Of a stretch of DNA of 64,000 nucleotides, positions 39,418 through 48,677 are shown in pieces. The DNA lies in the NCBI GenBank assembly GCA_001916035.1, contig MNRQ01000022.1, positions 24,545 through 88,544 of the forward strand. Reading direction: 5' to 3'. The position numbers and the translations under genes were made by a program. Every line of letters starts with the position of its first letter. Position 1 is the stretch's first letter. The stretch comes from Clostridium sp. 27_14. GTDB lineage: Bacteria; Bacillota; Clostridia; TANB77; CAG-508. The notes beneath the pieces are model-generated. The model saw nothing but the letters and a program-made list of their open reading frames with translations. It was not told the DNA's origin and did not search any database.

Positions 39418-40267
39418 GGAAAATTATTGTATGGGAAGAATGGGGCCAAGATTATGTATTCAAACTACTACAGCTTGTAATGGAAAATGTTATTTTTGTG
39501 TGGGGAGATTTAATAAACCATCTAAGACTAATGTGGATGAAATTATAAAAAGTGCTATAAAATTAGATAAATATTTGGATGTTCTTTTGTTAGGTGGAGA
39601 ATCAACCTTGTTTCCAGATGATTTAGTTAAAATTATTGATTCTATTGCACCATATAAAAGGAAGATTACAGTTAATACTAATGGTTATAATTTGAAGTGT
39701 TTATTACCAGTTATAACAAAATTGGATAAAGTAATTGTTTCTGTTATGGGAGATGAAAAAGTAAATAATGAAATAGTTGGAGTTATACCAGAATTAGATC
39801 AAATAAAAGAATTTCATAGATTAAATCCGAGCCTTAAGTTAAGAGTTAATTGTGTTGTTAATAAAAAGGGGATTGATTCATTTGATAAAATGGAAAAATT
39901 TGCTTTGGAGATGAAGAAAATAGGGTTTACATCAATAAAATTTTCAGAAATGTCAACAGATGATTGTAATGATCCTAATTTTGTTGATTTGCAAAATCTA
40001 TTGAAACCATATTGTAGTGATCTTCATCAAGGTGATACTTTACAACATGGTTGTTATTTAGAACCAGAATCACTTAGAAAAAGATTTGGAATAAAAACTA
40101 TTTTGAATTTAACTTGTAATTTGAAAACACCAATTAAGCAGCCACAATTTCAGTCATTAAGTTATGAGCCAGTGTGTTTTGATAGTGTATATATATCACC
40201 TGATGGGAGTATTCATAAAAGGATAGAGGCTTCACAGGATTTGGCAAATGATAGAGGAGCTTGTTAA
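39395..40267 (+). CDS. Radical SAM protein B (paralog of A, CNGKCYFC)
   Basis: TTACNGKCYFCVG, LGGESTLFP, VNTNGYN. C-terminal third aligns with protein A (GIKTYIKL / GIKTILNL). Overlaps A by 23 nt. Alternative start ATG 39431. Confidence 0.8.
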   Translation: MSITLRSKENYCMGRMGPRLCIQTTTACNGKCYFCVGRFNKPSKTNVDEIIKSAIKLDKYLDVLLLGGESTLFPDDLVKIIDSIAPYKRKITVNTNGYNLKCLLPVITKLDKVIVSVMGDEKVNNEIVGVIPELDQIKEFHRLNPSLKLRVNCVVNKKGIDSFDKMEKFALEMKKIGFTSIKFSEMSTDDCNDPNFVDLQNLLKPYCSDLHQGDTLQHGCYLEPESLRKRFGIKTILNLTCNLKTPIKQPQFQSLSYEPVCFDSVYISPDGSIHKRIEASQDLANDRGAC

Positions 40268-40290
40268 TAACATTTAATTTATATAATATA

Positions 40291-40318
40291 AAAAAATCGT
40301 CTGTTTAGACGATTTTTT
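40291..40318. terminator. Intrinsic terminator after radical SAM pair (also abuts tRNA 3' end)
   Basis: aaaaaatcgtct gttt agacgatttttttt. Confidence 0.65.
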
Positions 40319-40395
40319 TGGTGCTCCCTCAAGGATTCGAACCTTGGACCCACCGGTTATGAGCCGGTTGCTCTGACCAACTGAGCTAAGGGAGC
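40319..40395 (-). tRNA. tRNA-Met (anticodon CAT; initiator / elongator / lysidine-Ile type not resolved), CCA encoded
   Basis: Reverse complement GCTCCCTTAGCTCAGTTGGTCAGAGCAACCGGCTCATAACCGGTGGGTCCAAGGTTCGAATCCTTGAGGGAGCACCA folds as a cloverleaf. Acceptor 7 bp, D stem GCTC/GAGC, anticodon stem ACCGG/CCGGT, T stem CAAGG/CCTTG. Confidence 0.9.
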
Positions 40396-40426
40396 GTTAA
40401 GACATATTATCCTTAACACAAGTCAT

Positions 40427-40455
40427 AGTATACAGTATTTTTATAAACTTGTCAA
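40427..40455 (-). promoter_or_regulatory. Sigma-A promoter for tRNA-Met
   Basis: On minus strand: TTGACA, 17-nt spacer, TATACT. About 30 nt upstream of tRNA 5' end. Confidence 0.5.
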
Positions 40456-40702
40456 TAGAAATTTTGAAAAAAATTAAATTTCTTACTCAGGAGAGTTTTA
40501 TGTTGTTATTTTTATGATATTTTAAGAGGAAAAAATTTTTTATAAAAATTTTAAAAGATAATGCAGAAAAACGAAAAATGTGATAAAATTTAAAAGTATC
40601 AATTATAGAATCCTTTAAATGTAAAATTATTTAGAAAGGGAAAACAGATTTTAATAGTAATATTTTGCTATTTAGTAAACAAATATAATAGGAGGGCTTA
40701 TT

Positions 40703-42142
40703 ATGAGTAAAGTGGATTTTTGTGTTCACAGATACTGTCGGCAAAGTGAAGTAGCAGGATCAAGTTTCTTTTATTCTGTTCATTGGCCAGATGGTGAAAA
40801 TGTGAGATTTTTTTTGGATGCTGGAGCATTCCAAGGTGTAAATAATTCTTACCTAAATGGATATTTTCCTTTTAAAGCAGAAAAATTATCTTTTGGAATA
40901 GTTACACATGTACATTTTGACCATGTGGGTTTGTTACCAGTAATTGTGCGGCAAGGTTTTAAAGGTAAAATTTATTCTAGCTATGGAACAGTAAATCTTT
41001 TAGATGTGGCTTTAGCTGATACGGTAAAAATTGAAGATAAACAATTAGGAAGAACAATAGCTACAGCTGAAGAAGTTGAGGAGACACTTGAAAAGACAGT
41101 TGGCTGTGCATATAGAAAAATAATAAAACCACATAAAAATATTAAGATTATCTTTTTTGAAAATGGTCATTTAATAGGTGCAGCAGTTATATTAATAATT
41201 ATTTCTTGTCCAGGTAGAGAAGATATTACAATTTTACATACAGGAGATTATAAAGATAAAAATTTATTTTTTGATGTTGATGCTATACCTGAAAATATCA
41301 AAAATATGAAAATATCTTCTTTTGTAACTGAATCAACTTATGGAAATGTAGATTCTACAAATTCAAAGTTTGATGAATGTTTAGTAGAAAACACAGTATG
41401 GGCCATAAAAAGAGGAATGACTGTGTTATATCCTACTTTTGCATTGGGTAGACACCAGGAAGTATTGTATAAAATTAAACAAATTAAAGAAAAGGAGTTA
41501 ATACCAAAGGAAACTCTTGTGGTTGTAGATGGTAAAGCTTCACAAATATATAATACTAGGTTCCAATATTCAGATTTGGGAATAAAGCTAGAGATGAAAA
41601 AATTTATGCCTAAATATTGTAAATGTATACCACGTGATCTTACAAAAAAATTTGTTAGAAATGAGATTATTAAAAACAATGATCCGAAAATTATTGTTGC
41701 TCCAGGTGGAATGTGTGATTATGGAGCAGCAAGTGTGTATACTAAAAAATTTATTTCTGATCAGAATGTAATGATACATGGAGTAGGATATGCGGCACCA
41801 AATTCAGTAATGTACAAATTATTAAATACATTGCAGGGAGAAACTGTTAGTTGTTATGGAGATACATATATCAAAAAATGTATGACCAAAATAACTGCTG
41901 AAGTAACATCTCATGGACCAAGGGATATTTTATTAAGATTTATTAATGATTTTCCAAATACTATGTCAGTGTCTATTAATCATGGAGGATTGATTACTCA
42001 AAAATGGTTTAGAAAAAGTGTTTTGGAAAATACAAAGTTATTAGAAAATCAAGTTGATATATGTTCACCAGAAAAAGGAGTGGTAATAGAAGCTGAAGGA
42101 ATAACAGGGACATTTAACACAAAATTTGCTACAAGTTGTTAA
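40703..42142 (+). CDS. MBL-fold beta-CASP family hydrolase (RNA-metabolising metallo-beta-lactamase-like), 479 aa
   Basis: THVHFDHVG (HxHxDH) and downstream beta-CASP-like motifs. Lacks the RNase J C-terminal domain. Confidence 0.7.
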   Translation: MSKVDFCVHRYCRQSEVAGSSFFYSVHWPDGENVRFFLDAGAFQGVNNSYLNGYFPFKAEKLSFGIVTHVHFDHVGLLPVIVRQGFKGKIYSSYGTVNLLDVALADTVKIEDKQLGRTIATAEEVEETLEKTVGCAYRKIIKPHKNIKIIFFENGHLIGAAVILIIISCPGREDITILHTGDYKDKNLFFDVDAIPENIKNMKISSFVTESTYGNVDSTNSKFDECLVENTVWAIKRGMTVLYPTFALGRHQEVLYKIKQIKEKELIPKETLVVVDGKASQIYNTRFQYSDLGIKLEMKKFMPKYCKCIPRDLTKKFVRNEIIKNNDPKIIVAPGGMCDYGAASVYTKKFISDQNVMIHGVGYAAPNSVMYKLLNTLQGETVSCYGDTYIKKCMTKITAEVTSHGPRDILLRFINDFPNTMSVSINHGGLITQKWFRKSVLENTKLLENQVDICSPEKGVVIEAEGITGTFNTKFATSC

Positions 42143-42192
42143 AAATATTTGTTTAAAATAACTAAAGAAAATATTAAAAATATTTAATACGA

Positions 42193-42225
42193 AAACCAGA
42201 GCTTATAATTTATAAGCTCTGGTTT
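42193..42225. terminator. Bidirectional terminator
   Basis: aaaaccagagcttataa ttt ataagctctggttt. Confidence 0.65.
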
Positions 42226-42242
42226 ATGTTATGTTTTAGAAT

Positions 42243-43736
42243 TTAAAATAATTTTAAAATTTCCTTTACGAATGGGCTACGAACAGATTCTTCTTCTTCA
42301 AATCCAATTTGATAGCAGAAAGATTTACCTTTTAACAGTTCAGATGCATAAGTGAGGCCATTGTATCTTTCATTTAACCCTTTGGCGTCTGTCTGTGAAG
42401 GATCTCCTGATAAAATGATTTTTGATCCTTTTCCTATTCTTGTCAGAAGAGTTTTCATTTCTTCTGGGCGAATGTTTTGAGCTTCATCTACAATGTAATA
42501 GGCGTTTGTAAAGGTTCTGCCTCTTAATAAGTCAAGAGAGATAATTCTGAAAACTCCATCATCCATAATATCTCTTAATACATCAGGTTTTAAAGAAGAT
42601 TGTGTTGTTGATGCAGAAGGATTAGTGCTAATAAGTTCATGGTTATTATTTTTTCTTTTCTGCTTTTTTTCGTCTTCACTTTGAGTTCTTGTACTGCTTT
42701 TATACTTGAAATATTTGTTAAAGTTTAATATTTCATTGGCGTTGTCAAGGATACCTGCTGTATATGGGTTCAATTTTTCTTCAAGAGAGCCTTTTACAGC
42801 TCCGATTTTTCGAACCTTTTCATCAAGCATTGGTGCAGAGACTAATACTCTGTTATATAATGCAGAATTGTTGTTCCAACTTAACTTTTTGGTTTGTGCA
42901 AATCCAGCTACTAATGAGCAAAAGGTTTTCCCTGTTCCTGCGGCACCTTTTACTATAACAATAGGAATTGTTGAAGGTGAGGCTGTTAGAGCATGAAGTA
43001 AAAATGATTGGGATTTATTAAGAGGTTTAAATCCGTGTGTTAAGTTAATAGCAGAATCATATAACATTGAAACTTGTGTTCCATTGTAAATACCTAAAGC
43101 TGAGTGACCATAATAGTCACGTAAAGTGATAAAGGTATTTAATGGTATTTCGGCAGTTGATAATTTCAAGTCAGATAGGTTACATTTTTTCTTATCATAG
43201 AACTTATTAATAATATCAGGGGTGACTTCAAGAGTGATTTGTCCTGAGTACTGTTCTTCAAGAACAGGGAAGAGCCGGAATTTAGGTTCTTCAGCTTTGA
43301 TTTTAAGGTAATCAGCTCTTAAACGTGTGGAATCACTCATTGAGATAAGAATAACATTATCAATATTGTCAGGTTTATTTTCCTGCAGATATTTGCATAA
43401 TGCAAATCTTCTTTTATCATAGTTGGAAAGATTTGAAAATGGTAAATCTACTGCTTTTTTATTTCTGTAATTGTGCTCTTTAGGTGCATCAAGTGCTACT
43501 TTAAGAAGACTGCCATTTCTTTGAGTAAATCCTTCGTTGATTAATTTGTTAATTCCGATTTCTCTGAGCATTTTTAATACTGCTTTTGCGTTTTTTGTTT
43601 CTTCTGGATAACCTTCGTAAGTTTCCAATTCTTCTATTGTTGCCATTGGAATTATTACAGTGTTGTCACTGTCAAACTGTTCGGTTGCATTTGCAATAAG
43701 TAGTGCTTCCATTCCTAAAACAAATTCTTTTGCCAT
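42243..43736 (-). CDS. PhoH-like ATPase with degenerate N-terminal PIN domain (YlaK-like) and low-complexity insert
   Basis: Walker A IVKGAAGTGKTF and PhoH core. N-terminal PIN-like fold has VLGMEALL in place of canonical VLDTNVL. Start at MAKEF with RBS GAAAGGAG. Confidence 0.8.
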   Translation of the reverse strand: MAKEFVLGMEALLIANATEQFDSDNTVIIPMATIEELETYEGYPEETKNAKAVLKMLREIGINKLINEGFTQRNGSLLKVALDAPKEHNYRNKKAVDLPFSNLSNYDKRRFALCKYLQENKPDNIDNVILISMSDSTRLRADYLKIKAEEPKFRLFPVLEEQYSGQITLEVTPDIINKFYDKKKCNLSDLKLSTAEIPLNTFITLRDYYGHSALGIYNGTQVSMLYDSAINLTHGFKPLNKSQSFLLHALTASPSTIPIVIVKGAAGTGKTFCSLVAGFAQTKKLSWNNNSALYNRVLVSAPMLDEKVRKIGAVKGSLEEKLNPYTAGILDNANEILNFNKYFKYKSSTRTQSEDEKKQKRKNNNHELISTNPSASTTQSSLKPDVLRDIMDDGVFRIISLDLLRGRTFTNAYYIVDEAQNIRPEEMKTLLTRIGKGSKIILSGDPSQTDAKGLNERYNGLTYASELLKGKSFCYQIGFEEEESVRSPFVKEILKLF

Positions 43737-43984
43737 ATTGTAATCTCCTTTCATAATGTGTGAATTTGTTTACTTGTAACATAACAAATTTTGCCTATTT
43801 ATAAAATGATACAAATAGTAGAAAATTTATTAAAGATATTTTATCATAATTATGTAAATAATTCAATAATTAAAGTAAAATAAAGAAATTTATAATAATA
43901 CATTAATAAAATACTGAAAAAAACTTGAAAAAAAGGCAAAAACAATGTAAAATAGTAAGAAGTAAAAAAGAAGGAGACGAAAAA

Positions 43985-44542
43985 ATGTATTTAATAGTAG
44001 GATTAGGAAATCCTGAGGAAGAATATGCAAAAACAAGGCATAATATGGGATTTGATGCTATAAATAAATTATCACAAAAATATAATATAGATGTAAATAA
44101 AAAGAAATTTAAGGGGTTATATGGTACTGGAGTAATAGAAGGAAAAAAGGTTATATTGTTAAAACCTCAAACATATATGAATTCAAGTGGTGATAGCATA
44201 ATAGAAGTGATGGATTATTATGGAATAGAAACTCATGAATTAATAGTTATTTATGATGATATGGATATAGAAAAAGGAATTATGAAAATAAGAAAAAAAG
44301 GAGGACCTGGTTCTCACAATGGTATGAAATCTGTAGTTGAAAATTTGCAGACAACTGATTTTGCTAGAATAAGAATAGGGATAGGTCGTCCAGAACATTC
44401 AAATGATAAAATAAATTTTGTGATAGGGAAAATTCCAGAAGAAGAACAAAAAATATTGGAAACTGGAGTTCAAAAGGCTGCTGAGGCAATACCAGTGATT
44501 ATTACAGATGGTATAGATAATGCAATGAATAAATGTAATTAA
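43985..44542 (+). CDS. pth: Peptidyl-tRNA hydrolase
   Basis: MYLIVGLGNPEEEYAKTRHNMGF. Confidence 0.9.
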   Translation: MYLIVGLGNPEEEYAKTRHNMGFDAINKLSQKYNIDVNKKKFKGLYGTGVIEGKKVILLKPQTYMNSSGDSIIEVMDYYGIETHELIVIYDDMDIEKGIMKIRKKGGPGSHNGMKSVVENLQTTDFARIRIGIGRPEHSNDKINFVIGKIPEEEQKILETGVQKAAEAIPVIITDGIDNAMNKCN

Positions 44543-44567
44543 TTTACTAATAGAAAGGACAAGTAGG

Positions 44568-45770
44568 ATGTTAGAGATATTTATAGATAAGCAAGAAAAA
44601 CAAGAAAAGGTTGCTCTAGTGGAAAATGGTAATCTTGTAGAATATTATGAAGAAGATGAAAATACTGATAGAAAAGAAGGAAATATATATATAGGAACAG
44701 TAAAAGATATTATTCCTGGGATGCAATCAGCATTTGTAGATATAGGAACAGAGAAAAATGGTTTTATTCATTTAAAAGATATTTTACCAAAAATAGATGA
44801 AAGAAAAGAAAGTTTAGAACCTAATATAGAAATAGGAAAGGTAATAAAGCCAAATCAAAAATTATTAGTGCAAATCAAAAAAGATAGTAATGATAAAAAA
44901 GGAGCTAGAGTTTCAACACATATAAATTTACCAGGAAAATATATAGTACTTATGCCAAATACTAGTTTTATTACAGTATCACAAAAAATTGAAGATAAAG
45001 CTGAACAAGAAAGATTGATAAATTTAGTTAAAAAATATATAGGCAAAGAAAATGGGGCAATTATAAGAACATCTGCTGTAAAAAAAGAGAAAGAATTAAT
45101 ACATGATATTGAGGATTTGGAAAGAAAGTGGAAAAAAATAAGAGAAAAGTATGAGCAAGTGGTAAAACAAAATAACAAAGAAAGTTTGATTTATGAAGCA
45201 GAAAATATATTAGAAAAAATGATAATTGATTTGTCAAATGAAAAAATAGAAAATATAGTGACAAATGATGAAAAACAATATGCACAATTATTAGATGAGA
45301 AAAGTAAATCAGATGAGCTTGTTAATACTAAAATTATTTTGGAAAATAAAGATGTTTTAGATATATATGACATAAAAAAACAACTTGAGAAATTACCTAA
45401 TCGTAAAATATGGTTAAAATGTGGTGGATTTATAACAATTGATAAAACTGAGGCATTGACAGCAATTGATGTAAATACAGGAAAATATACAGGAAATAGA
45501 AATTTAGAACAAACATTATATAAGGTAAATGAAGAAGCAACAGTAGAGATTGCAAAACAACTAAGATTAAGAGATATTGGTGGAATTATAATTATTGATT
45601 ACATAGACATGAAAAAACAAGAAAATAAAGACAAGATACAAAAGTTATTAGAGGAAAGATTAAAGTTTGATAGAGCAAAAACACAAGTGGAAGGTTTTAC
45701 AAAATTAGATTTAATGGAAATGACTAGAAAACATATTTGTAGTCATAAAGATAGAAAGGAAAATATTTAA
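44568..45770 (+). CDS. rng: Ribonuclease E/G family protein (short form)
   Basis: S1 domain GNIYIGTVKDIIPGMQSAFVDIG. DNase-I-like catalytic region AIDVNTGKY. Confidence 0.75.
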   Translation: MLEIFIDKQEKQEKVALVENGNLVEYYEEDENTDRKEGNIYIGTVKDIIPGMQSAFVDIGTEKNGFIHLKDILPKIDERKESLEPNIEIGKVIKPNQKLLVQIKKDSNDKKGARVSTHINLPGKYIVLMPNTSFITVSQKIEDKAEQERLINLVKKYIGKENGAIIRTSAVKKEKELIHDIEDLERKWKKIREKYEQVVKQNNKESLIYEAENILEKMIIDLSNEKIENIVTNDEKQYAQLLDEKSKSDELVNTKIILENKDVLDIYDIKKQLEKLPNRKIWLKCGGFITIDKTEALTAIDVNTGKYTGNRNLEQTLYKVNEEATVEIAKQLRLRDIGGIIIIDYIDMKKQENKDKIQKLLEERLKFDRAKTQVEGFTKLDLMEMTRKHICSHKDRKENI

Positions 45771-47134
45771 TGAATGTAGGGTTTGTATCGTTAGGTTGTA
45801 GTAAAAATTTAATAGACACAGAAGTTACGGTTGGGCTTTTTAAAGATCATCATTATGCAATAGTAAATGATCCGGCAAAAGCAGATATAATAGTTGTAAA
45901 TACATGTGGTTTTATAGATTCAGCCAAAGAAGAAGCAATAAATACAATATTAGAGATGGCAGAATATAAAAAACAAAGATGTAGATATTTAATAGCAATG
46001 GGATGTTTAGTGCAAAGGTATTATGAAGATTTGAAAAAGAGTTTACCAGAGGTTGATTTGTTTATTAAATTGGAAAATTATGATAATTTGTGGCAGGCTA
46101 TTGAAGATATGTTAAAAATGGATGTTCAAATACAACCTAAAAATAAAACAAATTTGAAAATATCAGAAATTACGCAATTACCAATGCTTGAACAAGAAGA
46201 ATATATGGAAAGAGTTGTAACAACAGGTCAAAATTATGCGTATTTAAAAATAGGTGAGGGCTGTAGCAATTTTTGTACATATTGTGCTATACCATATATA
46301 AGAGGGAAATTTATAAGTAGAAAAATAGAAGATATTTTAGAAGAAGCTAAAATGTTGGCAAGTAAAGGAATTAAGGAATTAATTGTAATAGCACAAGATA
46401 CTACTAAATACGGTATAGATATTTATGGAGAACCTAAATTAGTAGACTTGTTGCAAGAATTATCTAAAATAAATGGTATAGAATGGATTCGCTTTTTGTA
46501 TTCATATCCAGAAGGGATTTCAGATGAATTAATAGATTTAGTTGCTGAAAATAATAAAATAGCAAAATATTTTGATATTCCGATTCAACATATTTCTGAT
46601 AACATTTTGAAGAAAATGAATAGAAAAACAAGTAAGAATGATATACAAAATTTATTGAAAAAGATACGTGCTAAGATTCCAGATGTTGTTTTAAGGACAA
46701 GTTTAATTGTTGGTTTTCCTGGTGAGACTGAGAATGATTTTTCTGAATTATTGGATTTTATTAAAGAAACTAAATTTGATAAGTTGGGTGCTTTTATGTA
46801 TTCTAAGGAAGAGGGAACTCCTGCTGCTAAACTAGATAATCAGATTCATGGTAATACAAAAAAGGCTAGATATAATAGACTTATGAAGATACAACAGGAT
46901 ATTTCTAAAGAAAACTTAGAGAAAAGAGTAGGCAGAGTTTGTAGAGTTTTGATTGAGAATGTGTCTTTTGATAGAAAATTTTTTGTTGGTAGAACTATGC
47001 AGGATGCTCCTGATATTGACGGGGTTGTGTTTATTAAGAATTCTGGTGATTTGGATTTGGTGGATAAGTTTGTTTTATGCAGAATTACAGATATTAGTAA
47101 TAGCTATGATTTTATTGCTTCGCTTGAAAAATAA
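45770..47134 (+). CDS. rimO: MiaB/RimO-family methylthiotransferase (RimO-like)
   Basis: N-terminal MTTase Cys triad (VSLGCSKN..., NTCGF..., MGCL...). Radical SAM GCSNFCTYC. C-terminal TRAM. Confidence 0.8.
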   Translation: MNVGFVSLGCSKNLIDTEVTVGLFKDHHYAIVNDPAKADIIVVNTCGFIDSAKEEAINTILEMAEYKKQRCRYLIAMGCLVQRYYEDLKKSLPEVDLFIKLENYDNLWQAIEDMLKMDVQIQPKNKTNLKISEITQLPMLEQEEYMERVVTTGQNYAYLKIGEGCSNFCTYCAIPYIRGKFISRKIEDILEEAKMLASKGIKELIVIAQDTTKYGIDIYGEPKLVDLLQELSKINGIEWIRFLYSYPEGISDELIDLVAENNKIAKYFDIPIQHISDNILKKMNRKTSKNDIQNLLKKIRAKIPDVVLRTSLIVGFPGETENDFSELLDFIKETKFDKLGAFMYSKEEGTPAAKLDNQIHGNTKKARYNRLMKIQQDISKENLEKRVGRVCRVLIENVSFDRKFFVGRTMQDAPDIDGVVFIKNSGDLDLVDKFVLCRITDISNSYDFIASLEK

Positions 47135-47154
47135 TTACAATTTTGGAGGATAAA

Positions 47155-48651
47155 ATGGATGAGAATAAGTTTTTAGAGAAAATGAGATTATTGAAGTTAC
47201 AAGAAACCATAAGAATTGTTGAGAGTAAAGTAGGATTGCAGGCTGATAAAAGAGAATGGGAACAGGCTTTGTCAGAAAATAAGGTTTCTAATGTGAAATA
47301 TATGGGAAAAACTGAAATAGACGGTAAATGGCAAGACATATATATGGTGGTTGAGCAATTTCAAAAAGAAATTAATGGAAAAGTTAATATTGTTGATGTT
47401 GAAAAATATGTAACAGAAAATTTAGAATATATTGCAGGAGATAATAAACAAGATGGATATTCTCAAATATTTTTGTCAGAAAAATATTCAAATCAAAAAG
47501 AATTATTAGAACAACTTCAAAATATGGATGAAAATGGAATATTAGATTTAAGTGATTTAGAAAATCAAAGAATTGAAAATATTGCTAAAGAATTGAATAT
47601 TGAACCTGAAGATATATATAGTATAGATGAAATTGATTTAGAACAATTAATTGATGAAAAGTATAGTGAATTGAATAGTGAAAGAGAGAATCAAGAAGAG
47701 TTGCTAGAAAAAGGTTCGAGTGCTAAAAAAGGTATAGGTGTTGCAGATGGGGAAAAAGATGATAGAGTAAAACTTTCAGAAAAACAATTAGATGGATTGC
47801 AAATAAAAGAAGAAACATCTTTAAGTCAAGATATAAAAGGTGTTACATTAAGTGAAAAGCTTGGATTGCAAAAAAATGGTATTTATGATGCAAAAAAATT
47901 AGCAAGAATATCAATATCTGGGCCAAGAGGAGATGCATATGTAGCTATTCATTCTGATGGAACAGCTACAGTTTTAGGTGAAGATATTTTGGAACCTGAT
48001 AGTAGAATGGGAACATCACAAACAGGTACAGGTATGGCAATAAATAATGATGGAACTGTTAATCAAGAGGCTGTAACATCAAGCTATAGAATTGTTAATG
48101 GTAATGGAAATGAGTATTTGCGTGCAAGTTATGATGAATCATTAGGTAAAGAGATTAAATATAGTATGTTTTCTCCAGAAAAAATGGAATATTTAGATGT
48201 GGAGTTAGAAACTCAAAGAACCAGACCACAAGATAGTGCAGTTAGGCAGTTTATGAAAGATAGAGGTGCTGGTATAAGAGAGGCAGAACATGTTTTAGAT
48301 AGAGGTGAAGAGCATCAGATTTATGGAGAGATGGAAGAAGATTCTGAACATAAATTAAATATAAAAGATGTTGATAATAATAAAAATAATGATACTCATG
48401 AACATGATGATTTAATAGATGAAAATGGAGAAATAAAAGTTGAATTAGAAGATTATATACCAAATACTGATATTACGTGGGAACAGTTTGCTTCTATGTG
48501 TGGCTATAGAGGTGAAGATAGATTAGAAATGGCTGTTCAAAAATTTAATGAGGAAAAAGAAAAAAATCTTGATGCAAGTAACCAGGAACTTATAGATTAT
48601 ATTGAAGAACAGGAAAATGAACAATATAGAGGTAATGAACGAATAAGATAA
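47155..48651 (+). CDS. Acidic hypothetical protein, about 500 aa
   Basis: ORF with RBS GGAGGATAAA-ATG. No recognisable motif. Ends 26 nt before trpS. Confidence 0.4.
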   Translation: MDENKFLEKMRLLKLQETIRIVESKVGLQADKREWEQALSENKVSNVKYMGKTEIDGKWQDIYMVVEQFQKEINGKVNIVDVEKYVTENLEYIAGDNKQDGYSQIFLSEKYSNQKELLEQLQNMDENGILDLSDLENQRIENIAKELNIEPEDIYSIDEIDLEQLIDEKYSELNSERENQEELLEKGSSAKKGIGVADGEKDDRVKLSEKQLDGLQIKEETSLSQDIKGVTLSEKLGLQKNGIYDAKKLARISISGPRGDAYVAIHSDGTATVLGEDILEPDSRMGTSQTGTGMAINNDGTVNQEAVTSSYRIVNGNGNEYLRASYDESLGKEIKYSMFSPEKMEYLDVELETQRTRPQDSAVRQFMKDRGAGIREAEHVLDRGEEHQIYGEMEEDSEHKLNIKDVDNNKNNDTHEHDDLIDENGEIKVELEDYIPNTDITWEQFASMCGYRGEDRLEMAVQKFNEEKEKNLDASNQELIDYIEEQENEQYRGNERIR

Positions 48652-48677
48652 ATGGATATTAGAAAGGAAGTTTTTTT

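Noticed and set aside
38518-40267. Assigning the radical SAM pair to prokaryotic viperins (pVip)
   Set aside because: The CN(G)KC(E/Y)FC, SNGS and LDxxxxSxxSFD motifs resemble viperin. The same motifs occur in MoaA-like and other minimal radical SAM enzymes. The usual pVip neighbourhood (nucleotide kinase) is absent. Without an HMM search the assignment is not supportable.
37341-40395. Classical tRNA-integrated genomic island for the radical SAM locus
   Set aside because: The locus abuts the 3' end of tRNA-Met. I could not find a direct repeat of the tRNA 3' segment (tggtgctccctcaaggattcgaacc) at the distal boundary. No integrase is present. Base composition looks like the rest of the window. 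It is kept as a finding without claiming horizontal acquisition.
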